IMG/VR virus record: IMGVR_UViG_3300017655_000006
Location: 1 to 45,210 of that record
Reading direction: 5' to 3' (one strand)
DNA: 45,210 nt
Origin: a virus
Lineage: Duplodnaviria > Caudoviricetes
This document shows positions 36,990 through 45,210 of this stretch, one piece after another; positions within the stretch are counted from its first letter, which is position 1; each line of letters starts with the position of its first letter. The notes beneath the pieces are model-generated. The model searched no databases, had not been told where the DNA came from, and saw nothing but the letters and a program-made list of their open reading frames with translations. Made by a program: the position numbers and the translations under genes.

Positions 36990-37034
36990 ATGAACAAAAA
37001 TAAATTTTTTGCGATCGAGGTCGATGAATTGTGA
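36990..37034 (+). CDS. 14-codon leader ORF (MNKNKFFAIEVDEL) coupled to the helicase
   Basis: AAGGAGG RBS; its TGA overlaps the helicase GTG start (GTGA). Confidence 0.5.
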   Translation: MNKNKFFAIEVDEL

Positions 37035-38626
37035 GTGATACAATACTTGCAAACTTTTCACACTATGTAATTCCCAACTTCAAAGAAGAAGGATCTGAAG
37101 GTGATCTAACACCAATAGAGAAATATCTCAGTACATTCAATAAGAGGATCTATAGATATGTCCCTATTGGATATTATTATGATGAAGATAAAAATGAGCT
37201 GAGGATACCAAGAGGATATTCGTATAAGGATATTCTTCAACGGTTCAAATTTCAGCGTAAAATGATTACAAACATGAAACCTCAAGATCATGATAAAATT
37301 GATATGAAGCTATTTCAGCAACCTAGAGAAGCATTACAAGTAGAGATGATGTCTTTCCTATGTGGTTTAGGAAAGCATTCATATACTCAAAAATTCTCTC
37401 AGGTATTTTGTGACCTTCATACTGGTAAAGGCAAAACTTACTGTACAGTTTCTGCTTTAACTTATTTCAAAACTAAAGCTATTATCTTTATCCCCTCTAA
37501 GTTAAGTAAGCTGATTCCTCAATGGTTTGAAGCTTTAACTACTTATACTAATAAGAGGGCTAGAGATATTCTAATTGTTAGAGGTTCCGAAATGTGTGAA
37601 GATATCTTTAACGGTGAATATGCTGATAAAGAAATTTTCATCATTACTAAAGGAACCGCTTTATCTTATGCCAATACTTATGGTTGGCCTAAGTTTCAAT
37701 CTATGATAGAAAAGACTAAAGCTGGTGTTAAAATTATTGATGAGGCGCATATGGATTTAAGAACCAATGTGTTAATCGACTGCTATACAAATATCAAGAA
37801 AAATATCTATTTGACTGCATCTGCATATAGAGGTGATAGATTCGAAGATGCAATCTTCCAAAGAATCTTCAGTGGTGTTCCTATATTCGGACGCGATTTA
37901 GTAAGTCCTGAAGAAAATTATATCAATATGATTATGTATGAATTTAAACACACACCTACTACAAAGCAAAGAGCTTCCTGCAAAGTCAAAACCAATGATG
38001 GTTTTGGTCTATCTGCTGTAAAATACTCTAATTACCTTATGTCTAAAGAAGGTGCACGATTCCAATTCTTCACGGCTCTCAATAAGGCTGTAAAAGATAT
38101 ATTCGTGTACTACAGAAATAGATCTGGCTTTATCGAACATGATAAACTGGACACTGGTAAATATGTAAGAAATAAGAATGGAAATATCCAAATCCATAGA
38201 ACTCAAAAGTTTCAAGGACGATTATTGATTCTCGGAGCTACTATAGAATTTCTGAAGACTATTCAAAAATTCTTGGAGACTAACTTCCCTGAATATAGCG
38301 TAGGTTTATATACCAGCGAAATAGCAAATCTGAAAGAAAGAGAAGTTGAATTGACTAAAGATATTATCCTTGCAACTGAAAAAGGTATTGGTACTGGCGC
38401 CAATATCGATGATTTACAATTCATGTTCAATTTGATTCCGTATAGTAATAAAGTGTATGCTAACCAATTACCGGGTAGATTACGTCAACTCAAAGGAAGA
38501 AGAGTTTACTATGCAGAGATTATCAATACAGAATTTAATGAAGCTGCTGGTCAGTATCAAAGACGTATTCCCTATCTCAAGGAAAAAGCAAAAGGTGGCA
38601 AACTTATAACCGTAATTGTCGCCTAA
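37031..38626 (+). CDS. Superfamily 2 helicase (UvsW/ResIII-like)
   Basis: HTGKGKT, IIDEAH, LTAS, GTGANI and QLPGRLR motifs. Confidence 0.9.
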   Translation: MSDTILANFSHYVIPNFKEEGSEGDLTPIEKYLSTFNKRIYRYVPIGYYYDEDKNELRIPRGYSYKDILQRFKFQRKMITNMKPQDHDKIDMKLFQQPREALQVEMMSFLCGLGKHSYTQKFSQVFCDLHTGKGKTYCTVSALTYFKTKAIIFIPSKLSKLIPQWFEALTTYTNKRARDILIVRGSEMCEDIFNGEYADKEIFIITKGTALSYANTYGWPKFQSMIEKTKAGVKIIDEAHMDLRTNVLIDCYTNIKKNIYLTASAYRGDRFEDAIFQRIFSGVPIFGRDLVSPEENYINMIMYEFKHTPTTKQRASCKVKTNDGFGLSAVKYSNYLMSKEGARFQFFTALNKAVKDIFVYYRNRSGFIEHDKLDTGKYVRNKNGNIQIHRTQKFQGRLLILGATIEFLKTIQKFLETNFPEYSVGLYTSEIANLKEREVELTKDIILATEKGIGTGANIDDLQFMFNLIPYSNKVYANQLPGRLRQLKGRRVYYAEIINTEFNEAAGQYQRRIPYLKEKAKGGKLITVIVA

Positions 38627-38638
38627 CATATAATAGGG

Positions 38639-38652
38639 AAATATATATTATT
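38639..38652 (+). promoter_or_regulatory. Putative early promoter
   Basis: AAATATATATTATT. Confidence 0.75.
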
Positions 38653-38678
38653 ATTATGAATATTTAGACACTGAAAGG

Positions 38679-38942
38679 ATGACAACCATGAAGAAGATTA
38701 AAGAAAGCAAAAAGAAAAAGCTGAATATCAAATTTTCCAACATAACGCTCACTACAAAAATCGGTGACAGTATAAAACTAAAGAAAGGAGATCACATAAA
38801 ATTACAAATCGGCTCTAAGATCGAGATGTATGGATTGGTTACAAGCGATCAAGTATCATCTGAAAAGAATGTCGATAAAATCGAAGCAGATGAGGTTGAA
38901 AATGTAAGTATGTCACAGGTGAAGGAGGTGTTTACTATCTGA
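38679..38942 (+). CDS. Small basic hypothetical protein
   Basis: Follows the promoter; operon spacing. Confidence 0.7.
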   Translation: MTTMKKIKESKKKKLNIKFSNITLTTKIGDSIKLKKGDHIKLQIGSKIEMYGLVTSDQVSSEKNVDKIEADEVENVSMSQVKEVFTI

Positions 38943-38945
38943 CCT

Positions 38946-39707
38946 ATGTACAAACTAACGAAGAAGGAACTCGTCGATACACTGAGTATTCCTGTTATGA
39001 AGTTATCCAGTAATGTAATCCTATACCACAAGATCAGATTTGCACAGACTGACAAAATGGGAAATAGAGATTACTATCACAAAGAATTTACGTATGATTA
39101 CTCAAAGTATAAAGATGTGAAAAGGGTAACAACCGTGAGGTTGACTCATTCATCCATATTGTCTATTCAGTTCAAAGATGAAATTTACTCTGATGCTTTG
39201 ATACTGAATATAACCAATAGGGATTTTCTATATAAATATTTGAAAGGTATGAAGAAAGTTCTCAATAAAGATGATCTTGTTCTCAAGATCGGTGATACAT
39301 TCACACTGAATAAGAATTACATTTCAAATAATATCATCGAGTTCTATAAGGATAAGCTCATCTGCATAAATCCTGTATTAAGACTCAATGAGGAATATAA
39401 GGAGCCTGAAGTTATGGTCCAGTTATGTTTGGACTACAAGAACAAAACGTTTATAGATATTAAGGAAGATCGATTTAAAACTATGCTGAAATTCATTAAA
39501 AATTTTGATTTCTATCTTGCCGGACTATTGGGAGTTACATACTTACAATGTTCGGAGATTGGAAATCACGAATACGAATTCTCCAGAACTTTGATGGAGG
39601 ATTTCGATGACTATAAAGAGCCAGAGATTAAATTAGAAACAGAAACGACTGGGATGGAAAAATTAAAATTACAGGACTCTAGGGTTAGTAGAACCAAGGG
39701 TTGGTAA
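38946..39707 (+). CDS. Hypothetical protein
   Basis: 253-aa ORF in operon. Confidence 0.8.
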   Translation: MYKLTKKELVDTLSIPVMKLSSNVILYHKIRFAQTDKMGNRDYYHKEFTYDYSKYKDVKRVTTVRLTHSSILSIQFKDEIYSDALILNITNRDFLYKYLKGMKKVLNKDDLVLKIGDTFTLNKNYISNNIIEFYKDKLICINPVLRLNEEYKEPEVMVQLCLDYKNKTFIDIKEDRFKTMLKFIKNFDFYLAGLLGVTYLQCSEIGNHEYEFSRTLMEDFDDYKEPEIKLETETTGMEKLKLQDSRVSRTKGW

Positions 39708-39725
39708 TGAAAGGATGATCAGCCA

Positions 39726-40544
39726 ATGTCTGAATTGAAAAAATTGAATAGAGAACTGCAGGAATTGACTGACTTTACAAGAAAATTTTATGTATGGTCG
39801 GCTAATCTTTTAAGCATCAATGAGAAATTGTCTGATAAAATTGTTAAGATCGGCGAGTTCATGTATCGGGTTTATCAATTCGATGACGTTGAGGAACTCG
39901 AACTCGGTAATGCCTATGTATTCGGCGGCACTAAAGGTAATTTGAGAATTAGTTATCCATATGTATTTCCGTATATGGGTAAACTGAAGAAAAACTCATC
40001 TGATACTGGAATTTATCTGAATAAGGATGATAAGATTGTCGTCGTTTATCCGCAAAATGACAAAGAACGTAAGTTGCACCACATTTCGAGAATATTCGAA
40101 ATTACTCCTGAAACCATCAAGGAAAAACTCAATGAATACTTGAACGAAGTAACCATTGAGGAATTGAAAAGCGCAGGTAATACATTCGAACCGGAAATTA
40201 AGGATTCGGATGATACTGGGATTAAAGCAGTTCGTTTAGCTCTGATTGCCAAACAAATCGAACTTGCTTATTATCTCAATAGCAAAATGGAAAAAAATTG
40301 GGACAGAGCAAATGCGAAGAAGGCTCTCGAAAAAGGAGATTCATTGACCTTCTTCAAACTTGATGAATATAGTGACATCTTTGATTTCGGATACGGTGTA
40401 TTGGTATTCGACAAAGCAACTGCAAGAGATCCTATTTCTAAAGAAGGTAAGGCAATCCTCGTATTTAAGGATGAGCATTTTCCTATCAATGATGAAAACA
40501 TTGAAGTTATTACAACTGCTTCTGATTTAAAAAATTTAAAGTAG
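39726..40544 (+). CDS. Hypothetical protein, possible XRE-like HTH near the C-terminus
   Basis: AAGGA RBS; NAKKALEKGDSLTFFKLDEYSDIFD is weakly XRE-like. Confidence 0.75.
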   Translation: MSELKKLNRELQELTDFTRKFYVWSANLLSINEKLSDKIVKIGEFMYRVYQFDDVEELELGNAYVFGGTKGNLRISYPYVFPYMGKLKKNSSDTGIYLNKDDKIVVVYPQNDKERKLHHISRIFEITPETIKEKLNEYLNEVTIEELKSAGNTFEPEIKDSDDTGIKAVRLALIAKQIELAYYLNSKMEKNWDRANAKKALEKGDSLTFFKLDEYSDIFDFGYGVLVFDKATARDPISKEGKAILVFKDEHFPINDENIEVITTASDLKNLK

Positions 40545-40553
40545 GAGGATCAA

Positions 40554-40778
40554 ATGTATAGAGTTTGGTTAAAAGACAACTGGAAAGATTTATTCAATCA
40601 TGAAACTGACGTAGTAGTTGTCGATGAAGGATTAATAAGAAAGGACGTTCAAGAAGCACTGAGGAAGTATGGTTTTACTTCCTCAGATTCAATTTTTGAA
40701 AAAATCCTTGCAATAATGAAAATTACTGGCGAAGATGCTGAAACTACAGTCAGAGGTATTCTTAATATAACCCAATAG
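40554..40778 (+). CDS. MYRxWLKxNWK family protein, copy 1
   Basis: AGGAGG RBS; shared N-terminus. Confidence 0.8.
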   Translation: MYRVWLKDNWKDLFNHETDVVVVDEGLIRKDVQEALRKYGFTSSDSIFEKILAIMKITGEDAETTVRGILNITQ

Positions 40779-40788
40779 GAGAGTGAAT

Positions 40789-41196
40789 ATGTACAGAGCA
40801 TGGCTTAAACCTAACTGGAAACAAGCCGTTGAATTAGGCTCGTATGATTTCGATTTCACAAGCATAATTGAAAAGGTTAATGCAGAGTCTAGAGAAAGAA
40901 TCAATAATCTTATAGAAAAATTTAAGAATTTACCCATTGAATCTAAATACGCAATGGTGGAAATTTCCGGAGGTAATGTTATAGATTATGAAACATCTGA
41001 AGATGTAGAGCTTATTCTTATTGATCATGATAATCTGGAGATGGAACTGCCACAAATTATCGACGTTCTTGGATATGATGGGGATAGTTATGCATATGCT
41101 GAAGTAATTTTTGACGAAGTTATTGAAGCTATGCGCGAAGAAATGAGCGATGATGTTCCCCGTATTGTAGCAAATATTATGAATAAGAATAAATGA
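40789..41196 (+). CDS. MYRxWLKxNWK family protein, copy 2
   Basis: Shared N-terminus and DHDNLE motif. Confidence 0.8.
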   Translation: MYRAWLKPNWKQAVELGSYDFDFTSIIEKVNAESRERINNLIEKFKNLPIESKYAMVEISGGNVIDYETSEDVELILIDHDNLEMELPQIIDVLGYDGDSYAYAEVIFDEVIEAMREEMSDDVPRIVANIMNKNK

Positions 41197-41220
41197 TTAT
41201 TTATAATATGGAGGAGATAT

Positions 41221-41535
41221 ATGTACAGAGCATGGCTTAAACCTAATTGGAAACAAGCTGTTGTTGAAGCTAACTATGAAAGATTTATAATAGTAGAAAT
41301 TGAAAGGGGATGCTTCCTTGGGAGCACTCCCTCAACTGATGAACTGAATGATGTTGATATTGTAATTGTTGACCATGATAATCTTGAAGATGAAGTTTAT
41401 GAAATTTTACGAGAACTTGATTTTGAATATGATGATTTTGAGTCTATATATGAAGAAATCATTTCTCAAATAAAACTAACAGGTGGTAAAAAGAACCTTA
41501 GGGAGATATTGGAAACTATTGCAAGTAAAGATTAA
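41221..41535 (+). CDS. MYRxWLKxNWK family protein, copy 3
   Basis: GGAGG RBS; first ~40 nt nearly identical to copy 2. Confidence 0.8.
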   Translation: MYRAWLKPNWKQAVVEANYERFIIVEIERGCFLGSTPSTDELNDVDIVIVDHDNLEDEVYEILRELDFEYDDFESIYEEIISQIKLTGGKKNLREILETIASKD

Positions 41536-41543
41536 TCTGTCAA

Positions 41544-41571
41544 GGCTATGAGAGTGTACTCATAGCCCTTT
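41544..41571 (+). terminator. Intrinsic terminator
   Basis: GGCTATGAG/CTCATAGCC stem. Confidence 0.7.
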
Positions 41572-41631
41572 AAAATTAATATTTATTTCCGAAAGGAAAA
41601 AATATAAATACAATTGAAAAGAGGTTATTGA

Positions 41632-43098
41632 ATGTACGGTTTTGACATTGCAATGGAAGAAGCATTACTCGACTTGGTGAATAATCACCTCGACAAAGAC
41701 AAACGCTTGAACATCAAAAAATACCAAACTAGCATTGTTTATGTATACGATCCTGTTATCATCAAACAAATTCTGAAAGCCTGCAAATTCAAAGATGTAG
41801 GCAATATTTATGATTACCCGAAAGTGTTTCCAAAGCTGCGGATGGTTAATGGTTATGACCTCACTGCTAACTTTGAATCGTTCCAGCGCATTGCGGTTTC
41901 GAAGAAACTCAATTCTGCTGTAATATACAACTTCCAAGAGTATTCCTACTATTGTGTATTCATGCTCAGTACGAAGATGCTCAAGAAGTTCTCCAAAATT
42001 ACTAAGCCAATTCTGCAAGAAGATATATCTCAAGTTAACGTATTCCAAGATGTTGACTTCAAATGCAAATCTGGTCAATACATCGAGGTATCTAAAGCTA
42101 TTGGTAATGCTACAAAACCTGTAAACGCTGTTAAGAAAACAATCTCTGATGAAAAGCTAGTCTTTGAAGAAAAATCTATCGTAGTGGAAGTCCTAAACGA
42201 TATCACGTCTTTCTTCACTCACGAAACTAAAGACTTCTACAAACAAATGGAGATTCCTTATAAACGTGGTTCGATTCTTTACGGGCCTCCGGGAACAGGA
42301 AAATCCGCTGCTGTACGTGAATTGATTCGCAGAATCGGCACTGATGTAAGTAAAATCATCATTAGTCCGAATGTTGGATACGAGGTAACTCATATCCTTT
42401 CATCTCTGCTTCGTGCTTTGAGTGGCAAGCCTGCAATTATCGTTATCGAGGATATGGATTCCCTCATTAGCGAAGAAAATCGTTCCGAGTTCTTGAACAT
42501 TCTCGATGGTGTAGATGTCAAATCCGGCTCCTACATTATCGGTACTACAAACTACCCTGAACGTATTGACCCTGCATTCGTCAATCGCTCTGGTCGCTTT
42601 GACAGAGCATTTAAGATTGACAATCCGACTCATGACACACGGAAACTCTTCTTCGAGAGCAAAAATCTCAAGGAGATTTTCAAAACTGAAGAAGATGTGG
42701 CAGAAATCTTTGCCAAATTCACTGAAGGACTTCCAATGGCTACACTGAAAGAAGTTATCACTGCTGCTAAGTATACAATGGCAGGAAACACTAAACTCAG
42801 TATTACTGAAGCTGTTGAGCAAGCAACTAACAAACTGAAATCTGATAAACTGAAGCACATCGACTCTCACAAGAAGTTCAAGAAGGGTAAGAAGAACAAG
42901 TTCGGCAAACTCTTCAGTGGAGATGACGATGATGATGCTGAAGAATTTGACACTAACAGCATTGAAGCAGTAACTACCACTGTAGAGACTGTACAAACAA
43001 CTGAAGCAGTTAAGCTTATCGGAAATGACAAGGCTACTGGGTATATCAAGATCATCAAGAAAGAGAATCCCGAAGTCGTGTTCGCGATGTTATCTTAA
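41632..43098 (+). CDS. AAA+ ATPase (classical clade, BCS1-like)
   Basis: GSILYGPPGTGKS, IIVIEDMD, FLNILDG, TTNYPERIDPAF..RSGRFD. Confidence 0.92.
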   Translation: MYGFDIAMEEALLDLVNNHLDKDKRLNIKKYQTSIVYVYDPVIIKQILKACKFKDVGNIYDYPKVFPKLRMVNGYDLTANFESFQRIAVSKKLNSAVIYNFQEYSYYCVFMLSTKMLKKFSKITKPILQEDISQVNVFQDVDFKCKSGQYIEVSKAIGNATKPVNAVKKTISDEKLVFEEKSIVVEVLNDITSFFTHETKDFYKQMEIPYKRGSILYGPPGTGKSAAVRELIRRIGTDVSKIIISPNVGYEVTHILSSLLRALSGKPAIIVIEDMDSLISEENRSEFLNILDGVDVKSGSYIIGTTNYPERIDPAFVNRSGRFDRAFKIDNPTHDTRKLFFESKNLKEIFKTEEDVAEIFAKFTEGLPMATLKEVITAAKYTMAGNTKLSITEAVEQATNKLKSDKLKHIDSHKKFKKGKKNKFGKLFSGDDDDDAEEFDTNSIEAVTTTVETVQTTEAVKLIGNDKATGYIKIIKKENPEVVFAMLS

Positions 43099-43137
43099 CG
43101 CTTTAGATCTCTTTTCATAACTTTATTTTCGTAATAC

Positions 43138-43168
43138 GGCGGTAGGAAATCTACCGCCTTTATTTTTT
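43138..43168 (+). terminator. Intrinsic terminator
   Basis: GGCGGTAG/CTACCGCC stem and T-run. Confidence 0.8.
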
Positions 43169-43192
43169 CCAATTAATAAGGAGGAATTATAT

Positions 43193-43738
43193 ATGAAAAT
43201 CAAAATAGTATATGTTAATATCGAGAGTAACGAAACTGTACTTACATTGGATGAAAATGTTCCATATTTCCCTTTGATTCCAATTGGTGCATCAATCACT
43301 ATTGATGATAAAGAATATTCTATAGGCGATGCATCTCAAGTTACTCGCACTGATATTTCTGAAACTATTATAACTATAGACCTCAAACCTGAATTTGTTC
43401 ATCAAGAATTTACTGCAAAAGATTTTCCTTGGATAGATGCTGGATTTATAACAAAATCTTTGTATGGGTTTGAACAGATGGCTGATACCTATTTTAATGC
43501 TGTGTCCAAATTGTATAGATTTAAACAACAATCTGGCGATCCTACAGTAACTGAAGAACAATATCAACAAGGGGTTAAAGATTTTATCTGTGGTATTCCA
43601 TATCGATTTCGTATGGAGAGACATATGGTTGCTTCTCAGGTTATGGAATTCTTCGAACCATATGCAGAAGAGCAAATGGTTGGATTTTTCAATGAGCAAC
43701 TACGATTAGGTAACATTATTAAGATCAAATTAAAGTAA
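43193..43738 (+). CDS. Hypothetical protein
   Basis: AAGGAGG RBS. Confidence 0.8.
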   Translation: MKIKIVYVNIESNETVLTLDENVPYFPLIPIGASITIDDKEYSIGDASQVTRTDISETIITIDLKPEFVHQEFTAKDFPWIDAGFITKSLYGFEQMADTYFNAVSKLYRFKQQSGDPTVTEEQYQQGVKDFICGIPYRFRMERHMVASQVMEFFEPYAEEQMVGFFNEQLRLGNIIKIKLK

Positions 43739-43744
43739 AATACG

Positions 43745-43782
43745 AATGGCTACCTATTAAACTAGGTAGCCGTTTATTTTTT
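43745..43782 (+). terminator. Intrinsic terminator
   Basis: GGCTACCTA/TAGGTAGCC stem and T-run. Confidence 0.8.
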
Positions 43783-43860
43783 ACCGTAAGTAGTAGCCTA
43801 AAAGAGTATATATTATTCATATGTATAAGATAGAATATCTATCTAATACAAATAAAACTA
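43782..43860 (+). repeat. ~79-bp promoter module, copy 1
   Basis: TACCGtAAGTAGTAGCCTAAA..TATATATTATT..GATAGAATATCTATCT..AAATAAAACTA. Confidence 0.9.
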
Positions 43861-43875
43861 TATGAAAAGGATAAG

Positions 43876-44184
43876 GTGATAACAATGACAAAAGAAATCT
43901 TGAAAGTAGTGTATAAAAAATTTGGATATTTCTTAATGTTCCTATTACTAATCGGCATCATATTCAATGGATTCTCCGCTATCAATGGTTGGATTGCACT
44001 TCCACTTGTTGGATTCATGCTCTGTATCCAAATTACGGTAGCGGTAATCGTAGAGTTCAATGAAGATGGAGACGTTTTCTGGAAAACATTTCTTGGCAGA
44101 TTCATGAAGCCTGATGTACTTGGTGCATCTCTAGCTATTATTATTTACATAGGCGCTTGCAATAATTGGTTAGATATGGTATAG
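43876..44184 (+). CDS. Small membrane protein (three hydrophobic segments)
   Basis: Hydrophobic pattern; lies between the two repeat modules. Confidence 0.75.
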   Translation: MITMTKEILKVVYKKFGYFLMFLLLIGIIFNGFSAINGWIALPLVGFMLCIQITVAVIVEFNEDGDVFWKTFLGRFMKPDVLGASLAIIIYIGACNNWLDMV

Positions 44185-44192
44185 TATAAATG

Positions 44193-44271
44193 TACCGCAA
44201 GTAGTAGCCTAAAGCAATATATATTATTTTCGTGTATAGGATAGAATATCTATCTTATATAAATAAAACTA
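44193..44271 (+). repeat. ~79-bp promoter module, copy 2
   Basis: Near-copy of 43782-43860. Confidence 0.9.
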
Positions 44272-44297
44272 CACTCTGAAGGGATTGTGATTTATCT

Positions 44298-44762
44298 ATG
44301 AAACTCACTGTAAACAAAACCGAAATGACTAAAGTTACTGGCCTCGTGAAAAACATCTTTGAAAAAGCTACTGCTCAACTGGAACTTCCTTCTCCATTCA
44401 ACGGCGGCGCTCCGGATTTCGAAGAAGCATTCGAACTCTACGCTCAACAAGGAGTTATCGAATCCGATACAGCTATTATCACGGTTACAGGTGATGAACT
44501 GACTGTTGAAATTAAACCGGAATTCGTTGATGACTACCTGATGCTTATGTCCGATATCTCGAACGATCTGATCGAATTCGCTGCCGTTCATAAACAAATT
44601 CTTTCGTCCGGTTTACCTAAAGCAGCAATGTGGGTTTATAAGAAAACTAAAGCAGTTGTAATGGCTGCTATGAATTTACATCTATATGATGTGGTAGAAC
44701 CTAGCAAGGAATTACTGAACAAAATCAAAAGCAGATTCGAAGCCTTCGCCGATAAATATTAA
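44298..44762 (+). CDS. Hypothetical protein
   Basis: AAGGGA RBS, biased codons, followed by a terminator. Confidence 0.8.
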   Translation: MKLTVNKTEMTKVTGLVKNIFEKATAQLELPSPFNGGAPDFEEAFELYAQQGVIESDTAIITVTGDELTVEIKPEFVDDYLMLMSDISNDLIEFAAVHKQILSSGLPKAAMWVYKKTKAVVMAAMNLHLYDVVEPSKELLNKIKSRFEAFADKY

Positions 44763-44777
44763 TACCAAGCAATAATA

Positions 44778-44815
44778 AAAGGAGAGCGAGTAAAATCGCT
44801 CTCTTTATTTTTTTT
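44778..44815 (+). terminator. Terminator hairpin with AGTAAAAT loop
   Basis: GAGAGCG-AGTAAAAT-CGCTCTC and T-run. Confidence 0.8.
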
Positions 44816-44836
44816 CTCTGATCCGAAATCTTCTAT

Positions 44837-44850
44837 AAATATATATTATT
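44837..44850 (+). promoter_or_regulatory. Putative early promoter
   Basis: AAATATATATTATT. Confidence 0.75.
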
Positions 44851-44853
44851 ATA

Positions 44854-44945
44854 GTGTACCTTCCACATCATGCTGCCATCTTAAATCATACTTTTAGATG
44901 GACCAATAGTCCAGAGATACTGGTGAGGTTTTCGGAAGGGTACAC
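44854..44945 (+). promoter_or_regulatory. Candidate structured 5' leader that pairs with the RBS
   Basis: GTGTACCTTCC (44854-44864) pairs with GGAAGGGTACAC (44934-44945) and encloses two hairpins. Confidence 0.5.
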
Positions 44946-44950
44946 GAGTA

Positions 44951-45210
44951 ATGGATGAGGTAGAATTGGATTTTGAATATGATGGGGTTGGCTACAATAT
45001 TGATGAAGATAGGGATGAAAACGGAGTTGTTATTTACTCATGTAAAACATATGAGCGCAATTTCCCAGTTTTCATTCGTACTAATGGAGTAAATGTATTT
45101 CATTTCAAGGTCGGGGATGGCCAAGAGGATGATGACGAAGATCTATGGAGTTGCTGCACAAGTAGGTATCAATTAGTACATGATTTTACAGAATGTGCAG
45201 ATGAGCGTGA
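44951..45210 (+). CDS. Acidic hypothetical protein, runs off the window end
   Basis: MDEVELDFEYDGVGYNIDEDRDENG... is open to base 45210; GGAAGG RBS. Confidence 0.65.
   Translation, partial: MDEVELDFEYDGVGYNIDEDRDENGVVIYSCKTYERNFPVFIRTNGVNVFHFKVGDGQEDDDEDLWSCCTSRYQLVHDFTECADER

Noticed and set aside
43782-44271. CRISPR-like array
   Set aside because: Only two long copies separated by a whole gene; no regular repeat-spacer pattern anywhere in the window
44854-44945. tRNA or twister/hammerhead ribozyme
   Set aside because: No T or D loop consensus, no CCA, and no conserved ribozyme core nucleotides
1-45210. Stop-codon recoding, inteins or introns in core genes
   Set aside because: Standard-code ORFs tile the window densely, TAA, TGA and TAG all end genes, and core genes show continuous motifs without intein ends

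Overview
A 45 kb segment of an AT-rich jumbo myovirus genome of the AR9/PBS1 (phiKZ-related) type. The host is probably a Firmicute, inferred from strong AGGAGG ribosome binding sites. The window carries split multisubunit RNA polymerase genes (beta C-terminal part, beta N-terminal part, a large beta' C-terminal part and a small second beta' C-terminal part), NAD-dependent DNA ligase, and head genes (gp13-like neck protein, gp21-like prohead protease, major capsid protein, portal). It also carries the large terminase, tail sheath and tube, ThyX, an SF2 helicase, an AAA+ ATPase, a metallophosphoesterase, a free-standing NUMOD4-HNH endonuclease and many small accessory genes. Two promoter motifs recur: AAATATATATTATT before non-structural genes and AACA-N6-T(A/G) before virion genes. 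Four observations stand out: (1) a ~190-aa protein that strings together only the catalytic-barrel motifs of RNAP beta (16473-17045); (2) a ~300-nt non-coding unit with its own promoter motif, terminator and crossing long-range helices (3899-4200); (3) a short Y-x-R-N-x-x-G-x-I motif repeated in the RNAP beta-N tail and inserted in the helicase; (4) AR9-type late promoters together with thyX. All calls come from reading motifs by eye; no database search was run.
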